Shown here one piece after another: positions 58,122 through 64,000 of a stretch of 64,000 nucleotides of DNA; within the stretch, counting starts at the first letter, position 1; each line of letters starts with the position of its first letter. The stretch spans positions 32,001 through 96,000 of the forward strand of contig JBMNIW010000001.1 of the NCBI GenBank assembly GCA_050951325.1, in the 5' to 3' direction. Made by a program: the position numbers and the translations under genes. A model generated the notes under the pieces. It made no database searches. It was given only the letters and a program-made list of their open reading frames with translations, and was not told the DNA's origin. Origin of the DNA: Clostridia bacterium. GTDB lineage: Bacteria; Bacillota; Clostridia; UBA1212; DUPL01.

Positions 58122-59203
58122 TAATAACCACCTCTGTAATTTTTCATCCTGTAAACATAAGCAAGTATTTCAGCCACCGCTCTGTACAGGCTTTCAGGAA
58201 TCTGCTGCCCTATTTCCGTAGTGTCATATAGAGCTCTTGCAACTTCCTTGTTTTCCACAATCTCAACATTATTCTCTTTGGCAACTTCCCTTATCCTAAG
58301 TGCCACATAACCTTTACCTTTTGCCAGCACTATGGGGGATTGGTGCTTTTCCGGATCGTACTTTAGTGCTACTGCATAGTGAGTTGGGTTTACAACCACC
58401 ACATCCGCTTCCGGTACTGCATGCATCATTCTACGCATGCCAATCTCTCTTTGTTTTTCCCTTATCCTGCTCTTTGTCTGCGGATTTCCTTCAAGCTGCT
58501 TGAACTCTTCCTTTACTTCCTGCTTTGTCATCATCAGGTTTCTTTCAAACATCCACCACTGGTAGAAATAGTCCAGAACTCCAATAACCAATAGAAAAAG
58601 TCCGCACCTCATTCCAACTTCCAGGGCCAGGTCCACAATAAAATCAAGCGATGTTCCCAAATCGTATGTAACAAGAGTAGGTATTTCATCTACCTTCTTA
58701 CTTATGGTGGAGTAAAGCACAAGTCCTAGTATCGTTATTTTAATAATCGATTTCAAAAGCTCCACCAAGGCTCTCATTGAAAAAACTCTTTTTAGCCCGT
58801 TTATGGGATTAAGCCTGTCAAATCTTGGCCTTAATGCCTTGGTTGTAAGCAGAAATCCAATCTGCATGTAGTTGACAAGCAATCCTGTAAGGACTGCAGC
58901 CACGAGGATGGGAAATATACATAACAATATGAATACCAAACCTTTAATAAGGTAATTGTGGACAAAGTCCTTGTCAAAGTTTGCACTCTCAAGGTTTGTG
59001 TCCATCCTCAATTCAAGAAATACGCTTGAAACCTTGAGCCCTATATATGATGAAAAGGTTTTAATTATTGTAACCAGGCTTAGTAATACTACTGCACTGG
59101 AAAGTTCCTGGCTTTTTAAAACCTCGCCTTTTTCCCTCGTATCCCTTCGTTTCTTCGGGGTTGGCTTTTCAGTCTTGTCGTCCATTGCCATGAACAGAAT
59201 CAC
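58121..59203 (-). CDS. flhB: Flagellar export protein FlhB
   Basis: 'KTEKPTPKK', 'EG.PQ.KSRIR', NPTH autocleavage site. Confidence 0.96.
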   Translation of the reverse strand: MILFMAMDDKTEKPTPKKRRDTREKGEVLKSQELSSAVVLLSLVTIIKTFSSYIGLKVSSVFLELRMDTNLESANFDKDFVHNYLIKGLVFILLCIFPILVAAVLTGLLVNYMQIGFLLTTKALRPRFDRLNPINGLKRVFSMRALVELLKSIIKITILGLVLYSTISKKVDEIPTLVTYDLGTSLDFIVDLALEVGMRCGLFLLVIGVLDYFYQWWMFERNLMMTKQEVKEEFKQLEGNPQTKSRIREKQREIGMRRMMHAVPEADVVVVNPTHYAVALKYDPEKHQSPIVLAKGKGYVALRIREVAKENNVEIVENKEVARALYDTTEIGQQIPESLYRAVAEILAYVYRMKNYRGGY

Positions 59204-59976
59204 GCCGCCACACCCCCGAGGAGCTCATTGATAGATTCATACATGGTGTTAAAAAGCGGCTGGGTCATTTGCACAAACATGGGAGATATCAATACAAGCA
59301 ACAAAAGTCCGATTATTACCTTAAGAGGTATACCGATTATGAACATGTTCATCTGGGGAACCGTTCTCATAAGAATACCCATTATCATCTCGGTAATGAA
59401 GGTGGCCGCCACAATCGGCATTGCAATCTGAACTCCCATTACAATGCAAGATACAAACACACTGACAATTACGCCAGTCATGTCGAAATTAATAGTAAAG
59501 TTGCCTGGAGGCAATGTATAAAAAGTATTGGCAAGTATTCTAATAAGTGCATGGTGTCCGTTCGTAATAAAAAAGCAAATAAGCATGACTATATTCAGTA
59601 GGTTTGCATTTATTGATACCTGTGTACCCATTTCATGGCTGAAAAGCTGTGCCATTCCAAATCCAATCTGCACGTCAATAAGCTGCCCTGCCATATTGGC
59701 CACGGAAAACACCATTACAGTAACGTATCCAATTAACAGTCCGACAAACATCTCTTTCAAACAACTTATAGTATACGCGTAAAGGTTGAACACTTGATTG
59801 CTTGGTGCTGGAAACAAATTGTAGAGTATCAAACTAAGCATCACACTAAAACCAATTTTGAACATCGCAGGTACATTCCTTCTGCCAAACACGGGCGAAA
59901 AGGTAAAAATAGCAGCTATTCTTATCAGTATGAGCATGAAATGCATTGTAAAATTAAAAAGTACTTCTGTTTCCAT
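59200..59976 (-). CDS. fliR: Flagellar export protein FliR
   Basis: 'AGQLIDVQIGF', 'PQMNMF.IG.PLK'. Confidence 0.94.
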   Translation of the reverse strand: METEVLFNFTMHFMLILIRIAAIFTFSPVFGRRNVPAMFKIGFSVMLSLILYNLFPAPSNQVFNLYAYTISCLKEMFVGLLIGYVTVMVFSVANMAGQLIDVQIGFGMAQLFSHEMGTQVSINANLLNIVMLICFFITNGHHALIRILANTFYTLPPGNFTINFDMTGVIVSVFVSCIVMGVQIAMPIVAATFITEMIMGILMRTVPQMNMFIIGIPLKVIIGLLLLVLISPMFVQMTQPLFNTMYESINELLGGVAA

Positions 59977-59989
59977 TTACCAAATCCAC

Positions 59990-60271
59990 CTAAACCATAT
60001 GTGCCATGTAGTCAAAAATCATGGATGCAAAATCAATCAGTCTTGTAATCATCCAGGGCCCGAAAACAATCAGGGCTATGAATATGGCAAGTATCTTAAG
60101 TACAAAACCTAAAGACTGCTCGTTTATCTGGGTTGCAGCCTGAATAATTGAAACGCAAAGTCCGATGACAATGGCAGATATAAGTATTGGAGATGCCACG
60201 GTCAATACAACAGAAAGTGCTTCTTTTAAAATTGCAACAGCATCCGACTGGTCCATATCTTCAACCTCCAA
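59990..60271 (-). CDS. fliQ: Flagellar export protein FliQ
   Basis: 'GL.VSIIQAATQINEQSL.FV.K', 'GPWM'. Confidence 0.94.
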   Translation of the reverse strand: MEVEDMDQSDAVAILKEALSVVLTVASPILISAIVIGLCVSIIQAATQINEQSLGFVLKILAIFIALIVFGPWMITRLIDFASMIFDYMAHMV

Positions 60272-61028
60272 AACTCTCTACCAATGTTTTTACTGTAAGG
60301 CTCCAGCCATCCACCAACACAAACAAAAGCACTTTAAAAGGCAGCGATATCATGGTCGGCGGAAGCATCATCATACCCATTGACATCAGCGTGCTTGCTA
60401 CAATCATGTCAATAACAATGAAAGGTATTAGTATGAAAAATCCCATTTGGAAGCCTCGTTTAAGCTCGCTAATGGCAAAGGCGGGAACCACAGTGGTCAT
60501 CGGAAGCTCGTCGTAGGTTTCTGGTGCATCCTTTCCCGAAAGCTCAATGAACAAGTTGAGATCCTGACTGTATGTATTCTTCAGCATGAACTCCTTGAGG
60601 GGTTTTTTCCCTCTTTCTAGAGCCTCCTGAGTATTTATCTCTCCCTGCATTAAAGGTCTGTATGCTTCTCTATTAATCTCTGACAAAACAGGCTGCATTA
60701 TAAAAAATGTAAGGAACAGGGCAAGCCCTATGAGCACCTGGTTAGGCGGCATCTGCTGTGCTCCTATTCCACTTCTTGTAAAGGAGAGCACAATTATGAT
60801 CCTCGTAAAGCAGGTCATCATCAAAAGTATTGCAGGTGCAATGGAAAGGATGGTCAAAAGTAGAATAATATTGACCACACTGGAGGAGTTCTCCACCTCT
60901 GGAAATGGAATAGGTTCTTCCTGCGCAAATGCAATACCAGGGAGAAGCAATGACAAGGCAATCAGGACAAATGCGGTTGATACAAGAAAGGTTGTCTTTT
61001 TAATCTTCTTCGTCTTTTTCATTGACAA
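60261..61028 (-). CDS. fliP: Flagellar export protein FliP
   Basis: 'FTRIIIVL', 'PPNQVL', 'MGMMMLPP..ISLPFK..LFVLVDGW'. Confidence 0.96.
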   Translation of the reverse strand: MSMKKTKKIKKTTFLVSTAFVLIALSLLLPGIAFAQEEPIPFPEVENSSSVVNIILLLTILSIAPAILLMMTCFTRIIIVLSFTRSGIGAQQMPPNQVLIGLALFLTFFIMQPVLSEINREAYRPLMQGEINTQEALERGKKPLKEFMLKNTYSQDLNLFIELSGKDAPETYDELPMTTVVPAFAISELKRGFQMGFFILIPFIVIDMIVASTLMSMGMMMLPPTMISLPFKVLLFVLVDGWSLTVKTLVESFGG

Positions 61029-61326
61029 ACCTCCTTAGTACTTTGTCAAAAGGAATCTTTACCTGCATTGGCTCAATCTCCATTATCTCATCCTTTGAAA
61101 AGGTATCCAGAACATTGATACTGTTTGGCGCAACACCAATAAGATACACCTTTTCGCCCCTTGCAAGGAGTATGATGGATTTGTCCCTGTCCACAGGGAT
61201 TCTTTCAATGACTCTCAAGTTTCTACCTTTTACAAGGGTATATGACCTGACTGATATCCACTTTGTAACAAAGAAACATCCAATCAGCACAAGTACAAAT
61301 ACAAATATGTACAACAACTCAGGCAA
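61000..61326 (-). CDS. fliO: Flagellar protein FliO/FliZ
   Basis: One TM, 'LRVIER', 'YLIGV'; between fliY and fliP. Confidence 0.82.
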   Translation of the reverse strand: MPELLYIFVFVLVLIGCFFVTKWISVRSYTLVKGRNLRVIERIPVDRDKSIILLARGEKVYLIGVAPNSINVLDTFSKDEIMEIEPMQVKIPFDKVLRRFVNEKDEED

Positions 61327-61329
61327 TTC

Positions 61330-62424
61330 TTACGCCCTTTCCTTCCTGATAACGCTTTTTTTAGATAAAACTTCCGTTATCCTTACACCATAATTCTCGT
61401 CCACAACAACGACTTCGCCTTTTGCAATCAGCTTGCCGTTTACCACCACATCAACCAAATCTCCTGCAAATCTGTCCAGAACCACTACCGAACCTTCGTT
61501 AAGCTCAAGTATTTCCTTAATCATCTTTTTACTTCTTCCCAGTTCAATGGTAATGGGCAGTGGCACATCCATAAGAAGACCCAAATTGTCTCCCACATCA
61601 ACTTCTTCACTCTTCTCCTCTTCATCCTCGTCTTCAAAAGACTTGAGTTCAAGAGGAGATACGTTTACCTTGGCAGATGGCTGCCTTGTTGCTTTCTTTT
61701 CTTTCTTTTCCTCTTCCCTGTCGGCTTTTGCCTCCACTTTTACCTCCTCCGTTTCCGATATTGTATCCGGATTCTCAACAGGCTCTTCTCCCGTATTAAG
61801 AAGTTTTCCGGCAAATTTTATGGCATAATCCTTGGACATAATCTGCATTATCTCGCTGTTGATTATGTCTTCCACAACCATCTTGAAACTTATTTTTACA
61901 ATCTCGTCATCTTCAAGTATATTGTCGAGTTTGGTGTCAGCAAATCTAACTTCAAAGAGCTTTGGAGGAGCAATGGTGACACTAGTGCCCAGCATCTCCG
62001 ACATGCTCGTTGCAGCAGATCCCATCATCTGGTTCATGATTTCACCAAGTGCGGAAAGACGTATTTCATCCAGTTCTTCTCCCGGATTCGTTCCATCTCC
62101 ACCCATCAGAAGATCCGTAATTATTAGGGCGTCCACCATTTTGAGAACAAGGAATGAAAACCCTTCAACACCTGAAAGGTACTTTACCTCTATTCCCACA
62201 TAGGGAATGGTGTAAGTTTCAGCCATTTTTCTCATGGTTGTAACGGAAACTTTCGGCGTGGTTATGTCAACCCTTTTTCCTAGTATCTCATAAAGGGTTG
62301 TCGCCGCAGTTCCCATACTTATATTCCCTATTTCGCCTAAAGTATCTATCTCATCATCAGTAATATTTACCGAATTGCTTTTCAACAATGCATCAATTTC
62401 CGCTTGAGATAAAATCCCACTCAT
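61330..62424 (-). CDS. fliY: Flagellar motor switch phosphatase FliY
   Basis: 'LSQAEIDALL', two CheC motifs (EIGNI, EIMNQ), C-terminal FliN domain 'GEVVVVDENYGVRI'. Confidence 0.95.
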   Translation of the reverse strand: MSGILSQAEIDALLKSNSVNITDDEIDTLGEIGNISMGTAATTLYEILGKRVDITTPKVSVTTMRKMAETYTIPYVGIEVKYLSGVEGFSFLVLKMVDALIITDLLMGGDGTNPGEELDEIRLSALGEIMNQMMGSAATSMSEMLGTSVTIAPPKLFEVRFADTKLDNILEDDEIVKISFKMVVEDIINSEIMQIMSKDYAIKFAGKLLNTGEEPVENPDTISETEEVKVEAKADREEEKKEKKATRQPSAKVNVSPLELKSFEDEDEEEKSEEVDVGDNLGLLMDVPLPITIELGRSKKMIKEILELNEGSVVVLDRFAGDLVDVVVNGKLIAKGEVVVVDENYGVRITEVLSKKSVIRKERA

Positions 62425-63406
62425 CTATATTGTCCTCCTCATACTCAATGTCATTTATCATAATTGAATACCGTCTATCTTTAACTCCCAATTTCCCCTT
62501 AAACTTTGGCAGATGTTCCACATACAGATTTATTGGATTGTCCACCCTGTGGTCAAGAACAATTACATCTCCTTCCTGTATATCCATAACGTCCTTAACA
62601 CAGCTGTATGTGTTATTGAACCTTGCCACCAGGTTCAGCTTGGTCGTGTCTATAAGGTCTTTTATCTGTTCAGACATTTCATCTGATTTCTGTTCTCCGT
62701 ATACATTGTACATGGACTTAACCGAAAGCAGCTTTTCTATAGGCTTTATAGCCAGGTGCGGAAGACAAAAATGTATAAAGCCTTCCACATTGCTAATCTT
62801 TACATTCATTGTAACTATGGCAATCTGCTCGTTGGTGGCTGCAATCTGTGCATACTGCGGGTTTGTTTCTATCCTCTCCAAAGAGGAGTCCACCTCCACC
62901 ACCTTCTGCCAAGCCTCGTCAAGAAGCTGCAGCATCTGTCTAAAAAGTTTCTCCATAATTACAATCTCAATTTCTGTAAAGTAGAGTTCCGGCTCCTCGT
63001 CGGTTATGGCTCCTCCCAGCACTCTGTTAATCATAACATAGGCAAGTTCCGTAGAAATTGAAATAAGGGAAGAACCCGCCAGCGGCGAAAGTCCAATCAC
63101 GCCAAGAAAGCTTACATTGGGAAGTGAATTTGCAAATTCAATATATTTGGTTTCTTCTATAGAAACCAAATCAATCTCACAGCTTGTCCTTAAGGTACCT
63201 GTAAAAAAGTTGGTTAAAAACCTGGAATAGCTTTCGAATATATTGCTGATAGTTCTTAATTGCTCTTTTGTAAATTTGTTTGCCAGCCTGAAGTTGTACT
63301 TCTTCACCCTCATTTCCGGTTTGGATTCCTTATCCACCGGAAATATGCCGGCATTAAGCGACTTTAACAGTTCGTCTATTTCGCTTTGTGACAAAACATT
63401 AGCCAT
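62393..63406 (-). CDS. fliM: Flagellar motor switch protein FliM
   Basis: 'VLSQSEIDELL', 'FTKEQLRT', 'ETNPQYAQI'. Confidence 0.95.
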   Translation of the reverse strand: MANVLSQSEIDELLKSLNAGIFPVDKESKPEMRVKKYNFRLANKFTKEQLRTISNIFESYSRFLTNFFTGTLRTSCEIDLVSIEETKYIEFANSLPNVSFLGVIGLSPLAGSSLISISTELAYVMINRVLGGAITDEEPELYFTEIEIVIMEKLFRQMLQLLDEAWQKVVEVDSSLERIETNPQYAQIAATNEQIAIVTMNVKISNVEGFIHFCLPHLAIKPIEKLLSVKSMYNVYGEQKSDEMSEQIKDLIDTTKLNLVARFNNTYSCVKDVMDIQEGDVIVLDHRVDNPINLYVEHLPKFKGKLGVKDRRYSIMINDIEYEEDNIDEWDFISSGN

Positions 63407-63439
63407 TCATTTCACCCAATCCTGTCATATTGTCTTTTG

Positions 63440-63835
63440 TCATTGCACTACAATCTCTTCGAAATATACGTTTACAAACGCCTCCGTTTCAAACACCTCG
63501 TTAAGATGGTTGATTATATCCTCTTTCAGCATCTCCATACCGTTTTCCTGATTTATTTCTCCGGGAGTCTTCTGTCTCAATACCGTTATAATTGCATCCC
63601 TTACGATATGGTTGTCCTTCTCCAGGGATTTGATCATCTTCTTGTTTGAGACTTCCAGAATCAGCTTGGCTTTTATCAGGCTGTTTTCCTCATTCAGGTT
63701 GGTTATGAATTCAGAGCCCGGATCATATGTAGTTGTTGGATTGTTCTGTTTTGCAATTAATGAGTAGGTAAATATTCCTCCTACAACGAGCACGGTGCTC
63801 AGAACTATTATCAATGCAACTAATACCTTGTTCAT
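63440..63835 (-). CDS. fliL: Flagellar basal body protein FliL
   Basis: N-terminal TM, 'FITNL', 'VRDAII..L', 'VYFEEIVVQ'. Confidence 0.9.
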   Translation of the reverse strand: MNKVLVALIIVLSTVLVVGGIFTYSLIAKQNNPTTTYDPGSEFITNLNEENSLIKAKLILEVSNKKMIKSLEKDNHIVRDAIITVLRQKTPGEINQENGMEMLKEDIINHLNEVFETEAFVNVYFEEIVVQ

Positions 63836-63836
63836 G

Positions 63837-64000
63837 TTAATCCTCCGGTGTAATGGTAATATCTGCAGATCTTGTTATAACAAAATCAACTCTTCTGTTT
63901 CTTGCACGGCCTTCAGCAGTTTCATTGGTGTCAACGGGATGATATTCGCCATAGCCCACTGCTGATATCTTAAGGGGAGAGAAACCTTTCTCTTCTATGA
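63837..64000 (-). CDS. motB: Flagellar motor protein MotB, C-terminal fragment
   Basis: Manual translation ISAVGYGEYHPVDTNETAEGRARNRRVDFVI (OmpA-like end), directly upstream of fliL. Confidence 0.88.
   Translation of the reverse strand, partial: IEEKGFSPLKISAVGYGEYHPVDTNETAEGRARNRRVDFVITRSADITITPED

Noticed and set aside
56409-58221. Long antisense ORFs within flhA, and similar ones opposite other genes
   Set aside because: They lie opposite well-conserved genes and show no recognisable motifs; treated as shadow ORFs.
1-64000. rRNA, tRNA, IS elements, prophage genes
   Set aside because: No such sequences or transposase, integrase or phage structural ORFs were recognised by eye.

Overview
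A 64 kb chromosomal segment from a motile, probably spore-forming anaerobic Clostridia-like Bacillota genome. The right two-thirds holds a nearly complete flagellar gene set (motB-fliL-fliM-fliY-fliO-fliPQR-flhBAF-flhG-like-fliA, flhO/flhP-yvyF-flgMNKL-fliW-csrA-flagellin, and a separate fliD-fliS-fliT), with three clear sigma-28 promoters. The left part is rich in surface-anchored glycan-degrading proteins (GH99-like x3, GH105, GH127 x2, GH39, DUF4838, CBM6-like) and an LnrLMN-like ABC exporter. The most striking element is an AT-rich ~6 kb module just downstream of flagellin (29.8-35.8 kb). It encodes two tandem HTH-WYL-WCX regulators (PafB/PafC-like), a membrane Ser/Thr kinase with an N-terminal HEPN-like RNxxAH domain, and three envelope genes. 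Each of the three envelope genes has its own copy of an identical 16-bp element, AGTGCAATTTTTTGTC, placed as TGTCnn-N10-TANNNT, the geometry of mycobacterial PafBC-activated promoters. Several genes carry single-base frameshifts (flagellin, first WYL gene, ABC permease, transglutaminase), probably assembly errors. No rRNA, tRNA, CRISPR array or transposase was recognised. All family calls come from motifs read by eye, not from database searches.
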